Shown: positions 37,692-50,267 of the stretch, one piece after another
Layout of the letters: the number at the start of each line of letters is the position of its first letter
How positions within the stretch are numbered: the stretch's first letter is position 1
Assembly: GCF_001194135.2 (NCBI RefSeq)
Contig: NC_068983.1
Location: 31,954,642 to 32,018,641 of the forward strand
DNA length: 64,000 nucleotides
Source: Octopus bimaculoides
Lineage: Eukaryota
Reading direction: 5' to 3'
Notes under the pieces: model-generated
Databases searched by the model: none
What the model saw: only the letters and a program-made list of their open reading frames with translations
Told to the model about the DNA's origin: nothing
Position numbers and translations under genes: made by a program

Positions 37692-37792
37692 CTAGCATGG
37701 AAGACAACACTGGAACGTTTCAGGCTTATTCTGACTTTCAGCAAAACAGCTTTCACTGTACTTGCCAAAGAAATGACGAATGGGCTCATTAT
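37692..37792 (+). CDS. Candidate exon of a small uncharacterised gene
   Basis: TTTTTCAG acceptor, (A)SMEDNTGTFQAYSDFQQNSFHCTCQRNDEWAHY, GTAAAT donor; phase-compatible with ATGCTACCACAAACAG|GT at 34928-34943. Downstream exons not resolved. Confidence 0.4.
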
Positions 37793-40705
37793 GTAAATAT
37801 ATCAAACTGTATATGTATTAGTGAAATATGTTCAAGCCTGTCATACTGGAAATTCTAAAACAATATCAGTCATTGTCTAATATTGCTTTCATTGCATATT
37901 TTTAGTTAGCTTTTTAATATTCCTTATTCAATCTGTTAACATTAACTGTTATGATTAGAGCTGCTTTATAATAAAGTAGTTATGTCTCTTACATCTGGAC
38001 CATATAAGGTTTGAACCAGAAACTAAAATTTCATTGTGATCTTTGTTAGATTACCATATATATGTTAGGATGATTGTTCAGACAATCTGATATTTGTTCT
38101 GCTGCAATGAATCACAATTCACAGGTGTAGCACTTCTGTATTATTAAGTGGATAGGAGATAAATCTTAATCAGGTTAGGATTCTGGCTAATGGCAGACTG
38201 TTTTTCCCACCAGAGGATCTGATTTCAGTAATAAAAACCAAGATCATTGCTGTTGTTGTTAGTAGTAGTGAATTATACCACTTATGATACCTCTTTCCAG
38301 TTGGGTAGAATCAGCTGCTAAATGATTTGTGTTTTAGGCCAAGTCATGATGCAATATCAGCGATAAGATTGGAATCACTAACCCTTTTTTAGCATGGTTA
38401 TCCAACTGCATTCTCATAATTTAATATTTAGTTCTGAGCTCAAACCTTGCTGAGGTTAACTGCTTTTTCACAGCAAGGGCGATAAAATAAGCATTAGTAA
38501 TGTACTGACGTTAAATAAAATAATCTGTATCCACATTGTGCAAGATGTTACATGAGACATTTATTGTTATTATTATTATTATTATTATAGTAGTTTTCAT
38601 TTGGACTTGTTTAGCCAGCTTTTTATTGATTTGAAGTATCCTATATGATGGATGCTTCACCAAGAAAAGTTTTAAAGAAACTTTTTCAATGGAATAAAAA
38701 GATGGTATCTTTCATCTTTATAGAAAGATATTCCTTAGAATCATAGAATTGCAAAGAAGAGTAAAATATTGAGATATTTTTATATGCTACTGATACAACT
38801 ACATTTATTGAATAAAAAATTAATACAACAAGCTTTTCGTTTCCGGAGAATTTTCATGATCAAACTAGTAAAATACATTTTTAAAAATCTTTTAAATAAT
38901 GCAGGGTCCAAATAGATAGCTCTACAATTAAAAAAAGAATGATTGATATAGAATCATGCATAAATTTGAGATCATCTAATTGCTTACCCAACAAATTTTG
39001 GAAACTGGCAAATTTTTATTTCTATTTTCTAAAAATTCACATCACCTGTCAAGAGCATTACAGGATATTGAACAATCAAAAAATAGAATGATAATTATAA
39101 AATTTATAATCTACAACACTTTGATATTCACAATGGCCAAATCCAGCTGCTAGGAAAACAGTACAATTTCTTCAAACTTCCACTTGAAATATTAGGATTT
39201 TTCTCATCACAGAACAAAATACTTTACTCTTACTGATGTTTACCCATATTTTTAACATTTAAACTGGCCATATCTGGCCCAGATAGTCTACCTGTTTTAT
39301 GTTCAAACCAGCCAAATCCAGTTTCTCACACCTATCCTGCATGTCATTCTAAAGATAAGCAATCACATCAATCTTTCAAAGCTATGAGATAATGCATGAT
39401 CAATTATAAACAGTGTGATTAAATAAGCACTACATTTGATAGAATAATCTGAATACTAAATGTTTAAATTCAAGTATCTAAGTTTTTTCTTTGCAAATCT
39501 CACAAAAAAATAAGATCTTTATTTTACCATTGCGTCATTTATAAGCATGCATCACAATATCTCTAACACTATCAGATATATAAAAATATTAAAGGGTTAA
39601 ATTATAGTGCTACAAAAATAATGTATGAATTCATTATGGTAAAAATTAATTTTTCTCTAACCAAGTACGTCATGTTTTATTTTTTCTGATTTTCAAACAT
39701 AAGGTAAGCTATACTGTTGTTGCTCAACACAAAGTAGGCTTAACTAGTTGCAGCCACTGTACTGAACAATAAGTCATATCAGGTGTGATATTTTGGAAAC
39801 CTTTGTACCCTAACAGAAGATGAAGACTATTCAGCTACATAGTTGTTTTTGGCAGAGACACACATCATAAAATTGAAGATCAATCAAAACAACTGGGAAG
39901 AGAGATTCCAGGTGCATTATGGTACAAATCATCACAGCTATGGCTGCATTAAGAAGATATACTTTTGATTATTTACAGATCATACAATGAGGAAAAAGCT
40001 AAACCTCAAAAGCCATTGAACTGATAAAACATTTCCTACTGTGCTTCCATAACTTTGGAAGAAATTTATATAGTTTTGCTTTGTTTTACTTTTGCCAGTG
40101 TGTGATACTATTGTTTTTGTGTTTTGCTGGGGGTTGATGAGGTGTATAGACTGTTGGATGGTGGAGGAATTTGTTTGCGATGTATGAGCAGGTATTATTA
40201 TGACAAAATGGATTGAAGGAAGTAAGACATAAGAGATCATTGACATTTTAGGAAAGGACATTTGATCACATTATCTATCAGTGTGCGTGCTCTTTTAGAG
40301 GTATGTCTCTTAAAGTCTGTGTGTGTTTGTATGTGTGATTCTATATGTTAGCATATGTGTATGACTAACCAGATAGGTATGAATGTGTGTATGGTTTCAT
40401 TATATTCATGAGCACGTTTTGTGTGATTTGCACATGTGTGCTTGTGTGTGACTGTGTTTAGTTTGTCATATCAATTTATATATGTGGGTATGAGTGTGAA
40501 TTTTTTTGTGTTGACATGTGCATGGTCTTATTCTGTGTGTTTTATTCATGTGGGCATTTGTAAATGATCAGACAACAAATCTGTGCACATGTGTGTATGA
40601 AAAGGATTATAAATTGCTGAGTTTGAATAATGGGGAGAAAAACAAACATGTATTAATGTTTGGGCGTGTGTTTGTTTGCTGTGCAGTTTATTGTCTTTGA
40701 ATGTG

Positions 40706-41547
40706 TACAAGGTCGTATCAAAAAGTTCCCGAATTAATTCTGGAGTGTGCCAAAAGGTAGCAACACCTGGTTGCATGTACAGCAAGAACTAGCAGTGACC
40801 TTCATGAGGCAGTGTACTGATTGACATTGCTGTGTTAACTTTGCAAGTTGTAATATTTGTGGTTTTATGATTATGTGTATGTTGTAGTCTATGATTTTGT
40901 CATGGACAGGAACAAAGAGCCAATGTGAAATTTTGCATTAACTCAGGAAATCTGGTACAGCGACATTGAGCATACATTGGCAAGCTTATGGTGATGGGGC
41001 AATCATATGCAATGTTTCAAGTGACATGAGCACTTCAAAAGCAGAACATACGTGGAAAACGATGAGTGATCTGCCATGAGTGTCACCCCTGGAAATTTGG
41101 TATTGTGCATCAAGAATTCTTCCCTCAGGGTCAGACTGTCAATTCAGAGTTCTACTGCAACGTTTTGAAGTATTTGAGGGAGAATATTTAGCAAAGTGAC
41201 TGGATTTGTGGAGCACAAAGAATTAGATTCTTCATGACAACAATGCACCCTATCATCAAGCTCTCCTCACTCATGAGTTTCTCACCAAAAACAACATAGT
41301 ATCACTTCCACACCCACCCTATTTGCCAGATTTAGCACCTACAGATTTCCATCTTTTCCTGAAGATGAAAATGCAATTCAAAGGTCACTGTTTTAACACT
41401 GTTGTTGAGATCCAGAGTGAATCGCAGAAGGTCCTCAACTCGCTTATGGAAAATGACTTCCAGGCCAGATTCCAAAAGTGGCAGGAACACTGGGACCAGT
41501 GTATTGCTGCACAAGGTGATTATTTTGAAGATAATGTTAAAACTTAG
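40706..41547 (+). mobile_element. Internally deleted mariner remnant
   Basis: TA+CAAGGTCGTATCAAAAAGTTCCCG left end; LHDNNAP.H, HPPYLPDLAPTDFHLF.KMK...QGDYFE; the 3' end abuts a SINE. Confidence 0.8.
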
Positions 41548-42709
41548 GTATAGGCACAGGAGTGGCTGTGTGTGTAAGTAGTTTGCTTACCAACCATATG
41601 GTTCAGGGTTCAGTCTCGCTGCGTGGCATCTTGGGCAAGTGTCTTCTACTATAGCCTTGGGCCAACCAAAGCCTTGTGAGTGTAAGTTTGAAGGGCTTGC
41701 TGTTGTTTTAGGTGCATTTGTAGGCTCTAGTAGTTCAAATGTGATTAATACTGGGGTATATTTTATGCCTGTTAAGTTTATATATATATATAATGTATGT
41801 GGTAGTGAAACATGGACTTTGACTGCAGAGAATTTGCAAAGGTTATAAATAAATACAGTGAGCATGCTTAGCTGGTATACAAATGACCTAAGAGAAAAAT
41901 TGTAAGAGGAATTGGATGTAATAGTCAAGAGAGACGACTGGGTTGGTACGAGCATGTGATGCATATGGATGATAACAGCTGCATAAAAAAGTGCTGAGTG
42001 TTCAAAGTGAATGGTGTATGTGGAAGAGAAAGACATAGAAAAATATGGAATAAAGTGATGAAAACTGATCTTGAGATGTTGAACTTTACAAAGGAGACAA
42101 CAGCAGACCATGATAGTTGGTGACATGCAGTGATGGAGAACATCCACATTTTTTAAATATAAATATCTTAATCACTTTTACAGGTATGCTTTATATGACG
42201 TCTTCAGCAATACTAAAGTCTCATAGTAAAATTGCATTTGCAGCAAAACATACTCAAAATGTTTTTGTGTGCTAACAATTCCTGTTCAGTAACTTTTCCA
42301 TGAGACCTGTTGAGAGAAATGAGCCCATAGATGTACATTTAATAGCTCTGCTTATAAACAACAGAATTCTTTATAACTCATGATTTAGTAGTTCAGTGGC
42401 ATATTTCTTAGACCATTTCCTTCTCTATGCCAATGAAATACACCTCAATTTATAACAAGGATAAAGATATAAGTCAATAATAAATGACGAATGACACTTT
42501 ACTACCAATATTGTAGAGTTAAAAACCAACCAGACATAATAAATATTAAATTATTCTGTTGTAGCTGCCTAAATAGATTTGTTGTAATCCATTTTGTTGA
42601 TATAATAGGGTTTCAAATGAAACAACAACAAACAACAACATCAAAACACATTTTTAAATAAGTCTTTTCATCAATAATGATATAAATACAGAATAAGGTT
42701 TGTTCTTCA

Positions 42710-42831
42710 TCAATCCATCTTGAGAGAAAATCCAAGGGATGAAAGCCAATCCTGCTTCTTTAAAGTGAGGTTACCTTGATTTGCAATGGCTTTAACCTGG
42801 CTGCAATTTTTGTTGTCAGATCCAATTGAAC
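42710..42831 (-). CDS. FAM185A: FAM185A coding exon 8 (terminal)
   Basis: Poly-T+AG acceptor, GSIGSDNKNCSQVKAIANQGNLTLKKQDWLSSLGFSLKMD*; G......Q.W..SL C-terminal motif. The joined CDS is 1413 nt (470 aa). Confidence 0.88.
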
Positions 42832-43887
42832 CTAAAAAAAAAAAGAAAGAACAAAAAAGATGGGGAAGGAAATCAGAAAATCAGACTTCTAGTGTTTTCT
42901 TCTTTAGTTGTTTTACATCTAACTTCTTGCTAAATAGAAAAATCTTCATGACTAGAAAAATATTTTTTCTTCTGGTATATATGATTACAAATTTCAAAAA
43001 TGTTATAATAGGCAGGTAATAAAAAAACAAAAGAAAACAAGTACCAACTGCTAATCTGGTTCCAGGATGTTATCATTATATTTGCTATATCATTATTTAA
43101 TTTCTTAGACACAAGAAAAATACCAAAAAGGTGACTGGATATTCGACTGTAACTAGTTCAATACCTAATAGTTCAAGGTTCAAATCCAGTCACGTTTCAA
43201 GTAAAATTTCATTCCTTTAATGGGGAGTCAATAAAATAAATACCAGTGTCATACTGAGGATTATATTGTCCAAATCATGTCAACAAGGACAAAGGGGCAC
43301 TAAAACAACGATTCATCATCATTATCAACAACAATTAATTAATTAATTAATGTCCATTTTCCATACTGGTATGGGTTGGATGGTTTGACAGCAAGCAGCA
43401 AGCTCCAGTGTCAACTTCAGCATGTTTTCTATGGCTTGATGCCCTTCCTAATGCCATCCACTTTATCGTGTATACAGGGTGCTTTTTTTTTTGCCACCAG
43501 CACAAGTGAAGGTGCCATGTAACTAGCAAGACAGGAAAAGAACAAGAAAAGGCAAAGGAAAAAACCCACTCAATTAAGTGGAGAAAGTGTTTGAGAGGGG
43601 GCATTGGCTTTATGTCAGGTGTTGGGGTTTTAAAGTATGATAGAGGGACAAGCACAGGTGTTTTGCAATAGTAAAGACACATAGCTTATTTACAAATACC
43701 TGTTTAAAATGTTTTCCCCATTGTTCTCAAAACTAACCATTTCAGTAAATTTACTGAACTGTGACTATATTTGTTGCTTTGTATTGCAGTTATCAATTCA
43801 AAATTTGGTGAACCAGAAAAATTTGTGCTTCTTACTGCTTTTAATAATTTATAGATATAAAACATTTATACATGCAAGTATACTTAC

Positions 43888-44052
43888 CCCGTAATTCCAT
43901 GTGTATTTGTGGACAATCCAAATGTTTCTCACCAACAATTTTTTTCTCCAGTTTCTCTGACAGTTCTGAAAAATCTTCATCTAACTTTATTTTTTTTGCA
44001 TTAAGCTCAAAATTGGCCTTCAGTGTTGGACAGAATCCCAGAATAATATCAC
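43888..44052 (-). CDS. FAM185A: FAM185A coding exon 7
   Basis: TCAAG acceptor, GDIILGFCPTLKANFELNAKKIKLDED...HMELR+G, GTAAGT donor. Confidence 0.88.
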
Positions 44053-44120
44053 CTTGATAGAAATTGAGAAAGAAGTTCCCTTTTATAATAATAATTTTGC
44101 TTGTCATTAACATCTCCCTC

Positions 44121-44195
44121 CTGATGATGATGATAATAATGATGATAATAATGATGATGATGATGATGAGAATGATGATGATGATGATGATGATA
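44121..44195. repeat. (ATG/ATC)n microsatellite
   Basis: Produces poly-I/poly-M pseudo-ORFs; a similar tract lies at 61120-61228. Confidence 0.9.
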
Positions 44196-44559
44196 ACAAC
44201 AATGACAACATTTTCAGCAATGAAAGATTTTCTAAAATTTATACTTGCACTACCTTTCAATCAATTTGATTTTCAAGATATTACAAGATTTTACCAGAGA
44301 TTAAACTGATCAAGACAGATACAAATTTCAAAAAAAAATCTTTCATATTTAAAGACAAGTTTAATGGTGCTCTAAAAGTTATAATCTGAATAACAACTCA
44401 TCTCATTAAATCAAGTCCCTTCTAATTTTTAGTTTAAAAAAAACATAGTTTATAAAAACTTTAAAAATTCACCATTTCTTCATATGAGGTTGGTAAAATA
44501 AATAGCAGACAAAACACTGGAACTGATGTAAAAGAATTATAGACTAAATTTGTATATAC

Positions 44560-44658
44560 CTTTATGATTTTCAACTGATACATTCTTTGGAGTGTTTGTT
44601 AATCCTATATCCATGTCTCCTTCATCTGTAGTACCATCAAGATGACCTTCTAAATTTT
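44560..44658 (-). CDS. FAM185A: FAM185A coding exon 6
   Basis: TTCCAG acceptor, (K)NLEGHLDGTTDEGDMDIGLTNTPKNVSVENHK+G, GTATAT donor. Confidence 0.88.
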
Positions 44659-45601
44659 CTGGAATGAAAGAAATTAGTGAAAATATACCTCACATCTCAC
44701 ATCATTTACATCATGGAAGAACCATTTAGTAACACACTAAGCTGTTAAACTTTGTTTAATGTAACAATGACACATGTATGGAATCATCATCATTATATTG
44801 GTGAGTTTGCTAGAATGGTGACAGTGAAATCACTGACTAAAACTTGTTGAAAAATGGTTTATTATTTTCTTTTGAAATTAGAATTGTTTATCAATAGTGT
44901 CTTGCAACATAGATTACAATCTGCAATGACAAAAGAATTATTTCTGTATAGGAAAATTAAATTATTCACTTCTGAGATGAACTGATGCAAAAATAGACTA
45001 TTCTAATATTTTTGAGGGGTTTTCAGTTGAGAGCTTTTCCATGCTATCACATATTGATGGAAAGCTGTTCAAGATTACAAGGAACTCACTCCACTCAGTG
45101 AACAAATATGAAAGTTTTCATTCTACAAATATTAGGTGGTGAACTGACTGAGCCAATAGAGTATTAGACAGGATAAGATGTCTTGTGATATTTGTTCTGA
45201 ATCTCTACGCTCTGAGTTCAAATTCTACTGATTTCAACTTAGTTTTTCATCCTTTCAGGATCAAAAAACCATTACCAGTATAGAGCAATGGATTGGTGAA
45301 ACTGTAAGAACATTGGATCAGATGCCATGCAACATTTATCCCAGCTCTTTGTATTCTAAATTCAAATATCTTGTCATTCCTTACTTAATCCATCATTCAG
45401 TTTAACACTATCTGCCACCTTGGTATCTTTAGCTGTGAATATTAGGGTACTTCAATTTGCATTGCCTTTAAATACCAAGAGTAAAGTAGTTGACTATATT
45501 TGTCCTACCAGAGAGTGGGCCATAAATTAAATACTTATAATTATTCATACAATTAGTTATACCATTAGAAACAAACAATAAATAAAACTATAAATGCTTA
45601 C

Positions 45602-45785
45602 TAATTTTCACATTTCCTTCTTTCATGAGTATCATTGTGTCTCCATGACAACTACCAATACTGAGCTGGGCTCGAGCACTGGCAGTTAAATTGCAGGTAT
45701 CAGCATAAATATTTTGAATATCCATAGTGCCACCACCCACACTGCAGTGAATGGTCTGTCCTTGCAGACGGTCTGCTTTGATAAC
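45602..45785 (-). CDS. FAM185A: FAM185A coding exon 5
   Basis: TTACAG acceptor, VIKADRLQGQTIHCSVGGGTMDIQNIYADT...IGSCHGDT...GNVKI+A, GTAAGC donor; adhesin-like (DUF4097-type) beta-strand repeats. Confidence 0.9.
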
Positions 45786-46299
45786 CTGTAAGTATATGAA
45801 AACAATTTACTTGAAAAAACACAAAACATCAGCCTGAAATGAGGAAGCTAAAAAGAGAGCTTAAGGTGCTGGAGGACTTCTATGTGATGTCAGAACTTGC
45901 TAGAAACAGAGGTCAGGTCTCTCTTAAATTGCACTTGACTGTCTTAAAAATAAGAACATATCGAATAATGTAATTAGATAGAATAGAGGTCACAATTGAA
46001 ACAACTTTGGTTATGGGCTGCCTCATTCAGTTCCGATCTGAGACTAAACAACAACAATATACCTGCAACACATCAGCTTCATCAGAAACATTTTTCTTCA
46101 TTAACACCTGCTCTTTTTAGCATCTTCTAAGATAGGAGTTTGCATAACTATGATTTTTTGGAACTGTATACTTCCAAGAGCACTTGAAGTGTCATGAAAA
46201 TTTAATAATAATAATAATAATAATAAGGAATATAAGGATATGGCCTCCTTGAGCACGGGGCCCCCTCGGAGCAATTGGTCCAATTGGCTTAAGGCTGGT

Positions 46300-48857
46300 C
46301 CTGGGAGTGACATTTTGGAAAAGCATATGGAGTGACAAAGGAATTCAACAGGGAAGCTGAATGGGTAGGGACAGAAGAAGAAAGAATGGCTGAGATTGAA
46401 GGACAGAGATGGAATGATATTACAATGCAAGATCTAATTCAGGTTCTGACTAAAACTCATGGAAGTCTCCTGGACATGATAAAATCCCAAACTTCTGGCT
46501 TAATAGCTTCTCATCATCACACTGTCAATTAATGGAATGTTACCCTAATATCATCAGAAACCCCCAAAAGATCTCCAAGCTGGCAAACATTAGGGATAGC
46601 ATACCTACTCCCTAAATGAGTGACACAAGAAACTCAAAAAACTACAGGCCGATCATTTGTTTACCCACCATCTACAAAACACTTACATCCATCCTCACCG
46701 AAAGGATGCACCAATTTTTCGATGAAAACAACACCCTTCCCCTCAAACAAAAAGGGTGCAAAAGGAACTCATATGGCTGCAAAGACCAGCTATTAATAAA
46801 CCATAAGATACTCGAAAATTGCTCATCTAAAAATGAAATCTTAACACAGCGTGGATTGACTATCATAAGGCATTTAACAATGTCCCACATAGCTGGATCT
46901 TAAAGGCACTAAAAATATACAAGATCACTCCTTTTTTTAAAGGTTTTCTACAGCATAGTATGGGACTGTGGAACACAAAATTGTTTCTTAAGCAGGAGAA
47001 AGGTTTGTATGTAACAGAGAACATCAAAATAGATCGTGGAATATTCCAGGGCAATTCACTCTCTAGTCACCTCTTCTGCCCTTCCCTCTTTCCCTTATCC
47101 CATGTGGTGTGTGCGTACGAGTAGATGTAATCGCCTTACCTCGGTTTTCCTTTCGTCGACTGTGAGTCTGTCTTGCGGTATCCAATCCTTGAAGCTTGCC
47201 CCGACCCAAAGAACACCAGGAATAGCAGCTGTTTCTCCAAAACCTAGACCGTCACTAGACACGTCTTGTCCTGTCCGCGACCCCGTTCGAAAAAGGGCAC
47301 GAATCCTGATCGAGGCTCCCTCTGCCCTTTTTCCTCTTCCGGTCAGCCTCCCCAGACACTGACGTCATGCCNNNNNNNNNNNNNNNNNNNNNNNNNNNNN
47401 NNNNNNNNNNNNNNNNNNNNNNNNNNNNNNNNNNNNNNNNNNNNNNNNNNNNNNNNNNNNNNNNNNNNNNNNNNNNNNNNNNNNNNNNNNNNNNNNNNNN
47501 NNNNNNNNNNNNNNNNNNNNNNNNNNNNNNNNNNNNNNNNNNNNNNNNNNNNNNNNNNNNNNNNNNNNNNNNNNNNNNNNNNNNNNNNNNNNNNNNNNNN
47601 NNNNNNNNTGACCCAAACTTCCTCCCCTACTTTCACGCCGGCGGGTTCCTTCTCTTCCTCGCAGAACTCCGGCGTCTTACTGGGATGCCTCCATTCATAT
47701 TTGAACACCGCTCTGTGCAGCACAGACTCTTCCGCTTGTCCGGATTGGGGAGACATGTTGTACCAGTAGACCGCTTCCAGGGGCGAAATGTGCCCCCTTT
47801 CAGCCATGGCCTTGATCGTCCGATGGTGCCTCTCAACGATTCCGTTGCCACTCTGCCTATACGCCGCTCTAAATAATTGTCGCACCTTCCAATGGTCAAG
47901 CATCTCTCCCAACGCTTCCGAACGAATTTGACTTTGACAAGTGTGCAAAAGCTTCGTTCAAATGTGGTAGACTGACAGTTACTACCATGATCTAACTTGG
48001 TTATGATATACCAAGGAACTGGATCAAGAAGGTTTTTATAAGTTTCTTGGGGTACACGAAGGGAAAGGGATTCAACATGGATCAATGAAAGAGAAGATCA
48101 GGAAAAAGTATTATAGACATGTCAGAATGGTCTTGAATACTGAGCTGAACTCCCAAAGTAGAATTGCAGCTATAAACTCCTTGGTGGTACCAGTTGTCTA
48201 GTATAGCCTTAATGTCATCAACTGGAATCTGAGTGATCTCCAGAGTATGGACATAAAGACCAGGAAACTGCCGACACTAAAAAGGATGCACCACCCAAAA
48301 ACAAACATCCACAAGCTCTATCTCCCATGAAAGGAAGGTGGAAGAGGCCTAATCCACCTTGAAACATCCTATAAAATGACCACGACAGGACTCCAAGTGT
48401 ACATTCAAAGTAACACCGACTGGATGATAAAGCTGGTAAGGCAACACGAACAGAATAAGTAACTGCACTCAATCTCAAAGAAGGCATATAAATACAGACA
48501 AGAGCTTATCCTGCCTGAGTATGATGATGATAAGGAGGATACACCACCTACTAAGGAAGCAAAAAAGTGTAAAAAACAAAAGCCAAACAGGAAAGCTTGA
48601 GGGAAATATTAAGACTGTGACAAGAAAAAACCACTGCATGGGCAAGAAAAACCATTGCATGGGCAATACCCCAAATGAGCTAGGGAAGCTGATGTACATA
48701 TGAGAAGAACTCATCAGTGGCTGCAGTGTTGGTTTAAAAGCTGAAACTGAAGGATTTATCCTAACAGCACAAAATCAGAGCCTCCTCACTTGGAACAATC
48801 AAGCTAATGTCATACACAATGAGGTAAACACAAAGTGCAGACTCTGCAATGACAAGT
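46300..48857 (+). mobile_element. R4/Dong-like (RLE-type) non-LTR remnant interrupted by a Gypsy fragment
   Basis: NYRPIICLPTIYK.LT, QKGCK...GCKDQLLIN, WIDY.KAF..VPHSWI, GIFQG.SLS; resumes at about 47924 with DKCAK, YKFLGV, LYLP.KEGGRGL, TKCRLC. Confidence 0.82.
47075..47923 (-). mobile_element. Gypsy LTR-retrotransposon integrase fragment
   Basis: FRAAYRQSGNGIVERHHRTIK.MAER (rve core) followed by a GEEVWV motif; gap inside. Confidence 0.82.
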
Positions 48858-50097
48858 GGGTCAACCATGTCTTCAGACCAGCAGTGAAAAAGTACCTTCT
48901 GGAGAATGATCTTCCTCTCAAGGCTCTCTTCATCCTCAACAATGCTCCTGCTCACCCTCCTAACCTCAAAGATGATATCCTGGATGAATTTAAACGCATG
49001 AAAGTTTTGTGCCTTTCATGCAACACCAAACCTATTTTGTAGCTCATGGACCAACAGGTGATTTCTAATTTTAAGAAAATGTACACGAAACACTTGTTTT
49101 GTAGATGCTTTGAAGTCACCGAAAATACAAATCTAACCCTTTGTGAGTTTTGGAAGGAACACTACAACTTTAACTGCCTGAAAATCATTGATATGGCCTG
49201 GCAGGGTGTAATGAGAACACTGAATTCTGCATGGTGGAAGTTGTGGCCTGACTGCATACAAAACAGACTTTGAGGAGCTTGAGTCTGAGACACCTGTAGT
49301 TGAGGAGATAGTCTTTCTTGGCAAGTCCATGGGCTTCAAGGTTGACAATGGGGGCATTAATGATCTTGTCAAGGAACACTCAGAGAAGCTGACAATGGAC
49401 GCACTCCTGCAGCTTCAGGAGCAGCAGCATTCAGATGTGGTAGAAGAGACTGGAGGAGGACATTGTAGCAGAGAAAGCTAACTCTATGAGTGACATAAAA
49501 GCAATGTTGGTAAAGTGGCAGTATGTTTCTGAATTTGTAGAAAAAAAAAAAACCATCCTGGACAAGTATCTGCAGCTGATTTATTTAATGACACTGCTCT
49601 GGTGCATTTTTGTAACATTTTGAAAGGCAGGAAAACACAGACTTCTCTTGATATGTTTCTAATGAAATGACTTGCAAGTGTGAAAAATGAAGAACGTGTG
49701 TCCAAAAAGCCTAAATTAAGCAAAGTGAGAGAGAAAAAAACCAGAAATTGTTCTTCTCAAAGTCTTAACGGAAGGAAATTCTTCTTCCAAACAATAATCT
49801 TCCTCTTTTCTGCTCCATCATCTTCCTCAGGCACAAATTATCCCATCTTTAAGGTAATTAAGTTAATAAAACCAGTTTACATATTTCTTTTGCATTCTCT
49901 TTTATTATGCTTTTATAATTGCCATTTTCTTTGTAATTGCACCTTTTCTGTTTTAAAACCCATAAAAAATGATTTTTAGGTGGTTTTGAGGGGCTGGAAT
50001 GGATTAATTATATTTTAATTAATATCAATGGGGAAAATTGATTTTAAAATGAGCTCAGTCATGGAATGAATTAAACTTGTACTGCGAGGTATCATGT
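48858..50097 (+). mobile_element. Tigger/pogo transposase remnant with 3' end
   Basis: WVNHVF.P.VKKYLLENDLPLKAL..LNNAPAHPP, MDQQVISNFKK.YT, TLNSAW.KLWPD; TIR-like CGAGGTATCATGTA end. Confidence 0.82.
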
Positions 50098-50174
50098 ATA
50101 TACCTTTTTGATGTTAATCTAATGTCCATTGAGCCTCATTGATTAATCATATGTAATTTAACAAATGTACTTGC

Positions 50175-50267
50175 CCCTTGATTTTGACATTTCAGTCGGA
50201 TGTTCCCTTGTAATACTCCAGAACTTTCTATGTCCCCTTTAACACAGTACACATCAACTTCACTAGC
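50175..50267 (-). CDS. FAM185A: FAM185A coding exon 4 (ends at a GC donor)
   Basis: TTCCAG acceptor, ASEVDVYCVKGDIESSGVLQGNIRLKCQNQG, followed by GCAAGT. Confidence 0.85.

Noticed and set aside
39856-40024. Possible downstream exons of the 37.7-kb plus-strand candidate
   Set aside because: No acceptor/donor combination gave a phase-consistent open join, so they were left unannotated.
43045-43150. Possible extra FAM185A exon (RISSHLFG...NQISSW)
   Set aside because: Its phase is incompatible with exons 7 and 8, which already join in frame.
43841-44309. Poly-I/poly-M ORFs, and poly-H/M ORFs at 60985-61272
   Set aside because: (ATG/ATC)n microsatellite translations; only 43888-44052 is a real exon.
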